From the sequence record MG383452: a stretch of 64,000 nucleotides of DNA. The stretch is one strand, 5' to 3'. The notes below the pieces were generated by a model. It searched no databases. It was given only the letters and a program-made list of their open reading frames with translations, and was not told where the DNA came from. Each line of letters begins with the position of its first letter. The first letter of the stretch is position 1. Position numbers and translations under genes: made by a program. The stretch comes from Escherichia phage FEC14. This document shows, in pieces, positions 8,525-17,961 of the stretch.

Positions 8525-10438
8525 ATGTCCAACAAAATTGATATTGAACGCAAATACAAAAAGCTCACTCACATAGAGCATATCCTACTTCGCCCAGAGC
8601 GTCATCTGGGCAGTATCCGTTCGTCTGTGGGGACGGTGTGGGTGTATGACCCAACCAAAGACAAAGTCATCTTCCGTGACAACTTTGAGTACTCCCCTGC
8701 GCTGATCAAACAGTTTGATGAAATCATCACCAACTGTGTTGACCACAGCAAGACCCCTGAGGGTAAAGGCTTGACGGAAATCACCGTCACGGTCTCCCCT
8801 ATGAACGGTCAAATCATCGTTTCTGACAACGGGGGTATCCCTGTGGTCAAGCATGGCGTCACCAATGAGTGGCTCCCTGAGATGTTGTTTGGCTCGCTCT
8901 ATGCGGGCAGCAACTTCAACGATGAGGACGAGGAGTACAACAACCAGAAGTCCGGCGGCCAGAACGGTGAAGGGGCTTCGCTCGTCAACGTGTTCTCAAA
9001 GTGGTTCCGCGTTGCTACCAGTGACGGCAAGAAGTCTTATACTCAGCTGTTTGAAGACAACATGAGCAAGAAGTCCAATCCGGTCATCGGCAATACACCG
9101 AAAGAGTTCGGCACCACTATTGCCTGGATCCCTGATTATGCGCGCCTGGGTGTTAAGGGGCTTGACCAGAACAACCTGCTCATGATTTACCGTCGTGCAT
9201 TCGAAGTGGCGGCATGCAACCCGCGCCTGAAGGTTGTTCTCAACGGCAAGCAAATCCGCATTGATCGATTTGGTCATTTCGTTGATTACTTCTACGCTGG
9301 CTCGGCTGTTGATGAAACGGATGATTGGTCTGTTGCTATCACTCCCTCATCTGGTGCGTTCATGCATGCATCATACGTGAACTCAATCGCCACGCACATC
9401 GGTGGACCTCACGTTGATTATGTTGCTGACCAGATCGTGGCGGCTATACGCCCTCAGCTGGTTAAGAAGTTCAAGACCGAACTGAAGCCAGCGATGATCA
9501 AGAACCACATGTCATTGTTCATCGCCGCCGACATCAACAACCCTCGCTTTGACAGCCAGACCAAGGAGCGCATGACGACTCCTGTGAGCCAGTTTGGTAC
9601 GTCCTACAAGCCCAGCGATAAACTGATTCGCAAGGCGCTTGAGTTCGTGACAGCAGGGCTGAGTAAAGAACTGGCTTCATTACGCAATGAACAAGAAGAT
9701 GCCGAATTTGAAAAGGCGAAGAAGGATATCAGCAAACGGGATTATCGTGAGATTGAGAAGTATTATCCGGCGACCGCCAGAGGCGACCGCAGTGGGTGTT
9801 CGCTGCTACTGACAGAAGGTGATAGCGCATCCAACCCTATCCTGAACGCTCGTGATACCAAGAAAATTGGTTTGTTCCCGCTTCGTGGTAAGTTCATCAA
9901 CTGCCTGAACGCCCCGCGCTCAAAGGTGATGGCGAACGAAGAATTCAAGAATTTATGCACCATTCACGGCGGTGCTGTGCCAGGCCAGCCGCTTGATATC
10001 AGTCGCTATCCACAGACCGTCGTGGCAACAGACGCGGATGACGACGGCATTCATATCCGTGGGTTGTTAATAACTCTGTATTGTACGTTCTGGCCTGAAT
10101 ACGTTCGTCAGGGTAGGCTGAAGCTCCTTCGTACTCCATACATGCGCGTGTGGTGTGGTAATATAATGCACGAATTCATGAACAATGCCGAATATGAGGA
10201 GTTCCTGAAGACACCCGACGCCAAGAAGATCACGAAGAAGAAATATCTGAAAGGTCTTGGCGGTAACAGCACTGAAGACTTCAAGCGTATTCTAAACAAC
10301 CTGGATGCGTATACTACGACGGTCACGCTGGACGATGGATACAAGCAGTCACTGAAGAATGGTTTCGGTGATGAGGCTGCTGATTACCGAAAAACCTGGT
10401 TTAGCGATGTTTGCCTATTTGAAACCGAGGATGAATAA
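8525..10438 (+). CDS. DNA topoisomerase II large subunit (GyrB-like ATPase plus Toprim; gp39/gp60-type fusion)
   Basis: 'HIEHILLRPERHLGS' N-terminus, GHKL motifs, Toprim 'LLLTEGDSA'; 637 aa, consistent with T4 gp39 and gp60 fused. Confidence 0.9.
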   Translation: MSNKIDIERKYKKLTHIEHILLRPERHLGSIRSSVGTVWVYDPTKDKVIFRDNFEYSPALIKQFDEIITNCVDHSKTPEGKGLTEITVTVSPMNGQIIVSDNGGIPVVKHGVTNEWLPEMLFGSLYAGSNFNDEDEEYNNQKSGGQNGEGASLVNVFSKWFRVATSDGKKSYTQLFEDNMSKKSNPVIGNTPKEFGTTIAWIPDYARLGVKGLDQNNLLMIYRRAFEVAACNPRLKVVLNGKQIRIDRFGHFVDYFYAGSAVDETDDWSVAITPSSGAFMHASYVNSIATHIGGPHVDYVADQIVAAIRPQLVKKFKTELKPAMIKNHMSLFIAADINNPRFDSQTKERMTTPVSQFGTSYKPSDKLIRKALEFVTAGLSKELASLRNEQEDAEFEKAKKDISKRDYREIEKYYPATARGDRSGCSLLLTEGDSASNPILNARDTKKIGLFPLRGKFINCLNAPRSKVMANEEFKNLCTIHGGAVPGQPLDISRYPQTVVATDADDDGIHIRGLLITLYCTFWPEYVRQGRLKLLRTPYMRVWCGNIMHEFMNNAEYEEFLKTPDAKKITKKKYLKGLGGNSTEDFKRILNNLDAYTTTVTLDDGYKQSLKNGFGDEAADYRKTWFSDVCLFETEDE

Positions 10439-10439
10439 G

Positions 10440-11771
10440 ATGGTTGCTAAAAGTATTACCGTAACAGAATTTATCAACGGGGATCATAAAGAGTTTTCCG
10501 TGGTTAACAGCATCCGTCAAATCCCTCAGCTGATTGACAGCCTGAAGCCAAGCCAGCGCAAGATACTCTTTGCTGCTCTTGAATACAACAAGGAGGAGAT
10601 TGTTGACCGCCTTGGCATGTTCGCCGCCGCTCGCACGAATTACAAATCCGGTGGTGAGAACATGAGCGGTACGATCGTGAACATGGCTCAGGGGTTCCCA
10701 GGTACGAATAACATCCCATACTTTGACCGCGACGGACAGTTTGGTTCAATCATGGGGCGCGAAGCGTCTTCCGCTCGTTATATTTCAGTGGCAGTGTCTG
10801 AAGTTATCCGTAAGATCTTCCGAAAGGAGGACGATGGGATATTGGAATACAATTATCTTGGGGAAGAGAAACTGGAGCCGAAATTCTTTTTACCCATCCT
10901 GCCCATGTTTCTCGTGAATGGTATCAATGGTATCGGCTCGGGTTATGCCACCGACACCCCATGCCACTGCGTTAAGTCCGTGCTCAGTGCCCTGAGAGCA
11001 CTTCTCCGTGGCGAAGACCCGAAGGACTTAAAACCGTACTGGAATGGTTTCAAAGGAGAGACAGGCTATACTGAGGAAGGAAGAGCATACAGTCGTGGTT
11101 TGTTCACCCGCGTTAATGCAACCACTTTGAACATCACCGAGGTTCCTATTGGTTGGTTCTCTAAAACCTATGAGACCAAAGTGCTGTTGCCTCTGTACAA
11201 GGCGGGTGTCCTCACTGAGTACGCCAACGATACGACCGAAGATGGTTGGGATATCACTGTTGTATTCAAGCGGGGTGAATTGTCTAAGTTGAATGACGAA
11301 CAGGTTGAACAGATGTTCCGTCTCTACTCAGCTAATAAGCCCGTGTGGACAGCTTGGGATGAAGATGGTGTTATTCACCGTTACGATGGTTGGAAAGATA
11401 TGTTGCTTCCATTTTTCAATTATCGCCTGAGTCGCTATGAAGATAGACGTCAGTATCTTATCAAGGAATTGACCGACAAAATACACCGTTTGAACAATCG
11501 TGCCATATTCATTGGGTGGGCTGTCGTTACAGATATGCGCCGGAGCCTCACGGAACTGAAAGCGTTATTCCAGACAGACTATCCTGATTTTGATGGCGAT
11601 CTCGATGATTTATTCAAGATGTCTTTATCATCAATTACACTAGATGCCCGTGAACGTTTGTTGAACCAGATAAAGAATTTAGAAGTTCAACGAGAAGAAT
11701 TAAATAATAAGCAAGACATCGATCTTTATACTGAAGATTTAGATGATCTTGAAAAGGCATTGGGCCTATAA
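10440..11771 (+). CDS. DNA topoisomerase II medium subunit (GyrA-like, gp52-type)
   Basis: Immediately follows the large subunit (stop/start overlap; GAGG SD 9 nt before ATG 10440). GyrA-like N-terminal region. Confidence 0.8.
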   Translation: MVAKSITVTEFINGDHKEFSVVNSIRQIPQLIDSLKPSQRKILFAALEYNKEEIVDRLGMFAAARTNYKSGGENMSGTIVNMAQGFPGTNNIPYFDRDGQFGSIMGREASSARYISVAVSEVIRKIFRKEDDGILEYNYLGEEKLEPKFFLPILPMFLVNGINGIGSGYATDTPCHCVKSVLSALRALLRGEDPKDLKPYWNGFKGETGYTEEGRAYSRGLFTRVNATTLNITEVPIGWFSKTYETKVLLPLYKAGVLTEYANDTTEDGWDITVVFKRGELSKLNDEQVEQMFRLYSANKPVWTAWDEDGVIHRYDGWKDMLLPFFNYRLSRYEDRRQYLIKELTDKIHRLNNRAIFIGWAVVTDMRRSLTELKALFQTDYPDFDGDLDDLFKMSLSSITLDARERLLNQIKNLEVQREELNNKQDIDLYTEDLDDLEKALGL

Positions 11772-11813
11772 ATCCGGAGGGTGAATTCCCTCCAAACAAG
11801 CAAGGGGTTCACC

Positions 11814-12092
11814 ATGTTTGTATATTTCCGCAGTCTCTCATTGCTGACTTTCTTCTATTGGTTGTTCGATATCTTATGCCCTCGTTTTATTAAAGAGGAA
11901 GTTGCTTTTGTCAATCATGAAGGCCAACAAGATTTATGGATACCTCTTTGCGCTCTTTCTGATGTAACCGAATCGGATGAAGTGGGTATGGTTGGCACCA
12001 TGCGTTCATTTAATTTATTTGGATTCGCATTATTCCCTAAGTTAATTGGAGAATTACACCCATACAATCCTGATGAAGAAGTGGAGGCGTGA
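11814..12092 (+). CDS. small membrane protein
   Basis: 'aagggg' SD before ATG; hydrophobic N-terminus 'FVYFRSLSLLTFFYWLFDIL'. Confidence 0.45.
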   Translation: MFVYFRSLSLLTFFYWLFDILCPRFIKEEVAFVNHEGQQDLWIPLCALSDVTESDEVGMVGTMRSFNLFGFALFPKLIGELHPYNPDEEVEA

Positions 12093-12093
12093 T

Positions 12094-12405
12094 ATGTCAA
12101 AATTATTGACTCCAAAATTATTATCAATGGGTGGTTCCATATATTTTCATTGTCCTGGATGTAATATGCTTCATCCTTATCGCATTTCAGGGCAAATGCC
12201 TGGCCCAATATGGCAATGGAATCACGATCTCGAATCACCGACTTTCACTCCTAGTCTGTTGGTGAATCATTCTCATCCGGCGAGTCGTTGTCATTTGTTC
12301 TTGACTGATGGTAAATTACAATTCCTTGGTGACTGTTTCCACGAATTAAAGAATCAAACGGTGGAGATGGTTGATATCCCCGAACCTGAAATATGGATAG
12401 ATTAG
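12094..12405 (+). CDS. small zinc-finger-like protein
   Basis: 'ggagg' SD; 'HCPGCNMLHPY...CHLF...DCFHE' Cys/His cluster. Confidence 0.45.
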   Translation: MSKLLTPKLLSMGGSIYFHCPGCNMLHPYRISGQMPGPIWQWNHDLESPTFTPSLLVNHSHPASRCHLFLTDGKLQFLGDCFHELKNQTVEMVDIPEPEIWID

Positions 12406-12408
12406 ATT

Positions 12409-12822
12409 ATGAAATTACTTGGATATTTTCGTTCTTTACCTACTGGATCTCCTAATGGGTGTCAGTTATACTCTGAAGTGAAAGGGGACGTGAACGACAC
12501 TCACATCGCCTTGTATGCTCGTGATATACCTGACCCAACCAAGTTTGATCGGCGTGTTGTGGCTGCTGCCAACAAATATGGTGATGTGATCGTTGTAAGC
12601 GCCCGACATCACGACAAATTGATGAACACGCAACTCAAACGATTGAAGGAAGCAGGTATTATCGAAACCACCCACACTCGTGAACAAGGGTTTATTGATA
12701 ACTATGGGCAATGGATGTCCCGTGAAGAGGCCGCTGTGGTCGCCCGTGAAGCCGGACAAACTAATCAGGTCCGTTTGAAGAACACTCCTTTCAAAGAACT
12801 CTTTTCCGAAGACCTCTATTGA
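12409..12822 (+). CDS. hypothetical protein
   Basis: 137-aa ORF. Confidence 0.5.
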   Translation: MKLLGYFRSLPTGSPNGCQLYSEVKGDVNDTHIALYARDIPDPTKFDRRVVAAANKYGDVIVVSARHHDKLMNTQLKRLKEAGIIETTHTREQGFIDNYGQWMSREEAAVVAREAGQTNQVRLKNTPFKELFSEDLY

Positions 12823-12871
12823 ATAAATTGGCGGTATAATTGCCGCCTAACCCCATAATGAGACAAATAAC

Positions 12872-13096
12872 ATGGCAAATGAAATTGGTGATATTGCCCA
12901 GTTCCGTGCTATTTCACGCCGCCTGAAATCGTATGGACTCGTCATCGAAGAAATAGATGAAGATGTTCAGGGTGTATTGGAAGGGATGTTTGGGAGTACC
13001 GTTGGAACGGAATTATTTGAACTTTTAAAGATGGCAGCTGATAACCAATTTGTTGAATATATTTCTGAACACGCTATTGATGGCCTGAATAAATGA
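12872..13096 (+). CDS. hypothetical small protein
   Basis: 74-aa ORF. Confidence 0.4.
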   Translation: MANEIGDIAQFRAISRRLKSYGLVIEEIDEDVQGVLEGMFGSTVGTELFELLKMAADNQFVEYISEHAIDGLNK

Positions 13097-13329
13097 ACGA
13101 GTTATATGAATTTGAACGCGTGTATGAGTCCGCTTCAGTTTCAGGATACATGAAACGATTATATCAAGAAATCTGTGTTCGTTTGATGATGCGAGGAATA
13201 TCTGTCAATTGTGTTATGGCACAGACAGACAGTTTTATTATGACACTCACTGACCATCGCCAGAATATGTGTATCATCCAGGTTAGCTGTGTCAACAACG
13301 AAATTATACAATGGAGACGTTACGCATGA
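13093..13329 (+). CDS. hypothetical small protein
   Basis: 78-aa ORF; start overlaps the upstream stop. Confidence 0.4.
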   Translation: MNELYEFERVYESASVSGYMKRLYQEICVRLMMRGISVNCVMAQTDSFIMTLTDHRQNMCIIQVSCVNNEIIQWRRYA

Positions 13330-13931
13330 CCACATATGTTATCACAAACGGCGATTTACTGAAAGCCGCTACGAGTTTTAATCTCATCAATGCTTTCGCT
13401 CATGGCGCAAATTGTTGGTCTGTGATGGGCGCAGGTATCGCCAACCATGTTCGATTGGATTTCCCAGAAATTTACCGCGCCGACCAATTAGATGAACGTG
13501 GTCCGGAACAACGTTTGGGGAACATGTCCTATGCGTTTGATCATGACACTGGTGTCTGGGGATTCAATTTGTATACTCAGTTCTACCCTGGTCCTAACGC
13601 ACGCATGCCTTCCATTATCAGTTCAGTTCAGATTATGTTTGAACAAGTTCACGATATCATTGAGGCAAAAACTGACGAAACAGTCTATGTTGGTTTACCC
13701 GCCATCGGCTGTGGCATCGGTGGATTAAAACTGTTTCACGTGGTGAGTCAGATTAATAAAATCGCGGAGACTATCTTCGAAGATACCAGGCGTCGTGTCG
13801 TACCCGTCTTTTATATCCGACAGGGTGACGGGTTTGAACAAGATTTACAAGAACTTTCCCAGATGGTAGACTACGGAATCTCTGTCGTCGCTAGTGAAGA
13901 AGATATCATCGAAGAGGAAGGTATTGGATGA
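13326..13931 (+). CDS. macro domain protein (ADP-ribose binding / hydrolase-like)
   Basis: Macro signatures: 'VITNGDLLKA...LINAFAHGAN', 'MGAGIANHV', 'GLPAIGCGIGGL'. Confidence 0.65.
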   Translation: MTTYVITNGDLLKAATSFNLINAFAHGANCWSVMGAGIANHVRLDFPEIYRADQLDERGPEQRLGNMSYAFDHDTGVWGFNLYTQFYPGPNARMPSIISSVQIMFEQVHDIIEAKTDETVYVGLPAIGCGIGGLKLFHVVSQINKIAETIFEDTRRRVVPVFYIRQGDGFEQDLQELSQMVDYGISVVASEEDIIEEEGIG

Positions 13932-14272
13932 AGCGTGAAATAACAGAAGAGATGCTCGCCAAAGCCGTTCTTCATCCCAAGGTGCGTTTTGCATTTATCC
14001 CCACACGTTTACACGATGGAAATTGGGTATGGCTGGAGCATTACGTTCGCGCTCCTATCGGCCTATATGCCCAACTCCGTTATGGCGGCGAAGTCGAGTT
14101 AAAACAATATCGCGTCGGCGGGGGATTAGGCGGGTTGGATGACGGGGAATATTTCCCACATCGCAATTTCGCCATGAACGATAATTCATATTTCAAAGTC
14201 GAGTATGCCACCGCTTGTGGGACATATCCTTTGAAACTCCTTTTAGAGAAAGCAGGGGAAACTGATGTATAA
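13928..14272 (+). CDS. hypothetical protein
   Basis: 114-aa ORF overlapping neighbours by 4/8 nt (operon-like). Confidence 0.5.
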   Translation: MKREITEEMLAKAVLHPKVRFAFIPTRLHDGNWVWLEHYVRAPIGLYAQLRYGGEVELKQYRVGGGLGGLDDGEYFPHRNFAMNDNSYFKVEYATACGTYPLKLLLEKAGETDV

Positions 14273-14897
14273 ATCTAATTTCTTGGCCGTCGCTGATAGC
14301 GAAACTCTCGGTCGTTGGGATGATGCTGTCATGTTGTCTTGGGCACAGACTATCGCCGACCTGACCAAGCGTTATACTCTTCAGCAGCTTGTTGTAGAGC
14401 GCACGACATTTATCAAACTGGATGTCAAAGAACAGATTGAACTTGGCCGTGTGAAAGACCAGGGCACTGTGGAATGGTGGCTGGGTACAGGTAAACGCAA
14501 CCCGTGCGACGCCGCCCGAGCTATCAGTCTATATCCGACCGACAAGGATATTTCTATTTTCAAATTGGCCGATGAAATTCGCAAGGGATGCCATCGCCTT
14601 GGGATCGACCCGCGATCGGTTGACTGGTGTGATAGGAATCTGTTTGACCTACGCAAGGCTCAGCACATCATTGAGGTGACGTGTAAGCAAGATTCCAACG
14701 AACCTTGGGACTATCACCACACATTTGACATCGTAAGCTGGCTGAAGGGTATTGGGCAGCAGGATCGATATGCTGGTATCAAGGCGTGGGAACTGGAAGG
14801 TATGATCTATCATGACCCTCGTTATGATGCGGCGCTTGACTGGCTACGCATTCAGAAAACCATGGAAGACCTGATGGGGCTGAAGGTGGAAGGATGA
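14265..14897 (+). CDS. dexA: DEDDh-type 3'-5' exonuclease (DexA-like)
   Basis: Exo I motif 'AVADSETLG' near the N-terminus; Exo III 'YHDPRYDAALD' near the C-terminus; 'TVEWW' resembles T4 DexA as recalled. Confidence 0.55.
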   Translation: MYKSNFLAVADSETLGRWDDAVMLSWAQTIADLTKRYTLQQLVVERTTFIKLDVKEQIELGRVKDQGTVEWWLGTGKRNPCDAARAISLYPTDKDISIFKLADEIRKGCHRLGIDPRSVDWCDRNLFDLRKAQHIIEVTCKQDSNEPWDYHHTFDIVSWLKGIGQQDRYAGIKAWELEGMIYHDPRYDAALDWLRIQKTMEDLMGLKVEG

Positions 14898-14973
14898 ATC
14901 TTTCCTTGTTTCATGGTTGTTTACAATCATAGTTTTCTTCATAGTCTGTGTTCAATATTTTGGAGGTTCTTAA

Positions 14974-15264
14974 ATGTTCTTTCAAATTGTCGGGGTGATC
15001 ACGACCATTGTTTTTGTTGCCATAACGCTTTGGATATTGTATTCTTCATTTATCCATCCGATTTTTCAGGCTCTCAGTATTACGCGTTGGCTCACAGCGT
15101 GTTCTTTGAAATCCGGAAGCGAATGTCCTTCTTTATCGTCCAAATGGAAATTCTTCAAATGGGCGTATGAAGTCGGAGGAGTCCGAACAACCAGATATTC
15201 AAATAATGTGGGGGAATGGTTTAGCATCGGCAATTGGCGTTTGTACGAATCTGAAGACAAATAA
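14974..15264 (+). CDS. membrane protein
   Basis: GGAGG SD; N-terminal TM segment 'IVGVITTIVFVAITLWILY'. Confidence 0.55.
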   Translation: MFFQIVGVITTIVFVAITLWILYSSFIHPIFQALSITRWLTACSLKSGSECPSLSSKWKFFKWAYEVGGVRTTRYSNNVGEWFSIGNWRLYESEDK

Positions 15265-15288
15265 GCCCCGAAAGGGGCTTTTCTATTT
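15263..15288 (+). terminator. rho-independent terminator
   Basis: 'aagccccgaaaggggctt' followed by 'ttctattt'. Confidence 0.6.
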
Positions 15289-15336
15289 GTATAATGTATT
15301 ATCATTGTACCATCATATCTTTATGGCGCACAACAA

Positions 15337-15633
15337 ATGAAAGAGCAAGAAATTATCCAGCATTGTATTCGCTTAGGAACATTAAAACCTCTCTATCAGG
15401 CTTTGCGTTTCAATGCCATTAAATTCAAACCTTTACCAAGAACTATTGCAACGTTCTTTGCCATGCGTTCTGTTGGAAAAACGATTTTCTTTGAGCATGA
15501 CATTTATTTTTATACAAAGATTAATGGCGAAGATTTAGATAAAATGATTTTCGTGAACGACGATAAAAATATGAAGATAAAAGTGGAAAACGAATTGCGC
15601 AGGATAAATGATTCTTTAAGAGGAATATTTTAA
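15337..15633 (+). CDS. hypothetical protein
   Basis: 98-aa ORF. Confidence 0.45.
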   Translation: MKEQEIIQHCIRLGTLKPLYQALRFNAIKFKPLPRTIATFFAMRSVGKTIFFEHDIYFYTKINGEDLDKMIFVNDDKNMKIKVENELRRINDSLRGIF

Positions 15634-16295
15634 TGGAAATTGTTGTCTCAGTATCTGATTGTGATTTTGTATACCGTGTTCTTCAAGGGGATGCTCCATT
15701 GCCGCAGAATAATCAAGAAGTGACGTTGTTCTGGTCTGGTGGGGTGGATAGCACATACATGTTGATTTGGTTGTTATCGAAAGGATATTCAGTTCATACT
15801 GTGTATTGCCACCTCGAAAATAATAAATTTAAATCTAAGCGCGAAAATTGGGCGAGGAATAAAATACACAACTGGATTAATAAAAATGCCCCACTTCTCA
15901 TGTATCGTTGGACACATCATCAAGAACCTATCAGTAGCATCAACGTCCCGAACGGTGGTTTTCGCGCTTGTTTAGCACAAGCCCCGATATGGTTATTAAA
16001 CACGCAATTTAAAGGCAGTGGCTTGCCTTCCACGTATATCTTGGCATATGTTAACGGCGATGACGCAATACACTGGATACCCGCCTTTAATAAAGTCATT
16101 GAAGGGTACAACATGATGACCAGAGACGGGGAAAGACCTATTGAAATTTTATATCCATTGATTAGTCTCAAGAAATCTTGGTTCTATCATCACATGTCCC
16201 CAATACATGACTTAATGACATGGTGTGAATTGCCAATTTTGAAAAAGAATTGTGATTGCCCTGCGTGTGTTCGACATCGCCATGAGTTATCATAG
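15633..16295 (+). CDS. PP-loop ATPase, QueC-like (7-cyano-7-deazaguanine synthase family)
   Basis: PP-loop 'SGGVDS' and a C-terminal 'CDCPACVRHR' cysteine cluster resembling the QueC zinc site; about 220 aa. The N-terminus is ~35 aa longer than canonical QueC, so the start is uncertain. Confidence 0.5.
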   Translation: MEIVVSVSDCDFVYRVLQGDAPLPQNNQEVTLFWSGGVDSTYMLIWLLSKGYSVHTVYCHLENNKFKSKRENWARNKIHNWINKNAPLLMYRWTHHQEPISSINVPNGGFRACLAQAPIWLLNTQFKGSGLPSTYILAYVNGDDAIHWIPAFNKVIEGYNMMTRDGERPIEILYPLISLKKSWFYHHMSPIHDLMTWCELPILKKNCDCPACVRHRHELS

Positions 16296-16297
16296 AG

Positions 16298-16639
16298 ATG
16301 AAATGTTCGGTTGTTGTAAATGACATCACGAGATTGATAAATCTTATCAAAGACGTCTTCCCACAACAGGTGGATGTTGAGTATGTTGGGAAGAACGGAA
16401 AGTGCTATCAGGTTGCTCTGGTTCTGAAGCATGTGTATCCTCAAGCAGAGATCCATTACAGTCAGATCGAAGGTCATGTGTATACTCTGATTGACGGACA
16501 TTACTACGACATCGAAGGCATCCACTTCAGTGTCCCACCAGACACGTGTTTGCTCGAACATAATAGAGGTCACAAACCGCATCGTTGGCATAAAGGGTTT
16601 GTGGACGTGCCGATTTTAGAATGGCTGAGGAAACCATAA
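16298..16639 (+). CDS. hypothetical protein (His-rich)
   Basis: 113-aa ORF. Confidence 0.45.
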
Positions 16640-17222
16640 TGGCGGGAATTGTAAAGCACCTTGGTGACACTCATCTTGGGCATAAGAAGGTCTTTAAACC
16701 GCGTGGATTTGATACACAGGAAGCCCATGACGCTGCGGTCATTGACAGTATCTTTCAGGGGTTGAAGTCTCGGGACGTTCTTGAACTGGCTGGTGATATA
16801 TGCTTCATCGGGGCTGAAGGGTTCATTCGCCTGATGCGGGAGGGTGCCAAGCGAAACATTGATGAGTTTAAGCGACGCCCCGTTCCCGATGACTGGCGTC
16901 CGAACTTTATCATCAAGGTGGCACAAGGCAACCATGACAGCTTTAAGATGTTGTTGTCTCTGTATCTGGACGGCTGGATTAGCTCCTTCGGCGCTATGTA
17001 TGAACGTGACACGCCTGTTGGCCGTGTGTTGACACGCCTGTTGGCCGTGTGTTGACAACACATGTTCCTTATCAATTAGACCGTTGGGCGTATAATATCC
17101 ATGGTCATCTTCACGAAAATATTCGCGAAGAGCGCGAATACCTGAACTGCAGTTGGGAACAATTCAAGCGTCCTGTAACCCTGGCTGAGTTGTTATACAC
17201 AAATTTAGGAATTGTATTATGA
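16639..17222 (+). pseudogene. calcineurin-like metallophosphoesterase, frameshifted by a 23-bp tandem duplication
   Basis: N-terminal part carries 'GDTHLGH', 'GDICF', 'GNHD' motifs and stops at 17053-17055. The 'HGHLHE' motif continues in another frame to a TGA at 17220-17222. Removing one 23-bp copy restores a single ~192-aa ORF. Confidence 0.75.
17008..17053 (+). repeat. perfect 23-bp tandem direct duplication (2 copies) inside the metallophosphoesterase gene
   Basis: 'gacacgcctgttggccgtgtgtt' twice in tandem, followed by a partial 'gaca'. Two track ORFs end in the same 'TRLLAVC*' with stops exactly 23 nt apart (17032, 17055). Confidence 0.9.
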
Positions 17223-17551
17223 AAATATTCTTTCCTGGTCAGAAAGTACCCGAAGAAATAGAAAAGGTCGAGTTATTTGGTTATAAAAGCGGTGATCCGT
17301 TCCTGCGATTTTCTTCACCATGTATCGTGAAGCGCAATCATGAAGGGTATTATGTGCGCCCAATCATTCTCATGGGTTCTATCATGACGCTGAGAGCCAA
17401 AACAGACTCCGTCGTTATTACCGGAAGTCCTAACATACCCAATGGGAAGACCACGCTCAATGGAAAGCCTATCCTGTCGTCTTGGGCGTTAATTGGATTT
17501 CTGTCTATAATCTTGTTTTATCGTTACCTTACCGACTTGGGGATCTTATGA
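17219..17551 (+). CDS. hypothetical protein
   Basis: 110-aa ORF. Confidence 0.45.
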   Translation: MKIFFPGQKVPEEIEKVELFGYKSGDPFLRFSSPCIVKRNHEGYYVRPIILMGSIMTLRAKTDSVVITGSPNIPNGKTTLNGKPILSSWALIGFLSIILFYRYLTDLGIL

Positions 17552-17898
17552 AAAAGCCACGCATCACAGGACATCAACTCTGCGTCCTTTTAGGAATGTT
17601 GAATTTTGAAAAAGGTGAAGCCAGACGCCTTTGTCATTGGTATTTCAATCCCAAATCTTGGACGAACGATAAAGGGAAAACGGTTTGGACTTTTCATGCG
17701 CCACCGATATCTGGCGGGTTTCGTTCTGTAAAGGGTGATCCATGGGATACGCGTTCAGGTCAATCCTTGTTGTCTAAAGGTCTGATCGAACCTGCGTTTA
17801 CAATGGTTCATGACAACTCTGAAGAGTATAAGCATTGGCCGAAGTCTGAAGTAACATTCTATAGACTTACAGACCTCGGTAAAGCATGTACTGAATAA
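17548..17898 (+). CDS. hypothetical protein
   Basis: ORF; internal ATG (MKKPRITGH...) overlaps the upstream stop. Confidence 0.45.
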   Translation: MKKPRITGHQLCVLLGMLNFEKGEARRLCHWYFNPKSWTNDKGKTVWTFHAPPISGGFRSVKGDPWDTRSGQSLLSKGLIEPAFTMVHDNSEEYKHWPKSEVTFYRLTDLGKACTE

Positions 17899-17916
17899 TA
17901 TTTTAGGTTATTGAAG

Positions 17917-17948
17917 AAAGGGGAAGGTATACTTCCCCTTAATTTATT
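17917..17948 (+). terminator. rho-independent terminator
   Basis: 'aaaggggaaggtatacttcccctt' followed by 'aatttatt'. Confidence 0.55.
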
Positions 17949-17961
17949 GGGAGAGACAAAC

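Noticed and set aside
8585-9277. Antisense ORFs inside the topoisomerase large-subunit gene
   Set aside because: They lie entirely within a strongly supported CDS and have low-complexity Arg/Thr-rich products with no start signals; treated as shadow ORFs.
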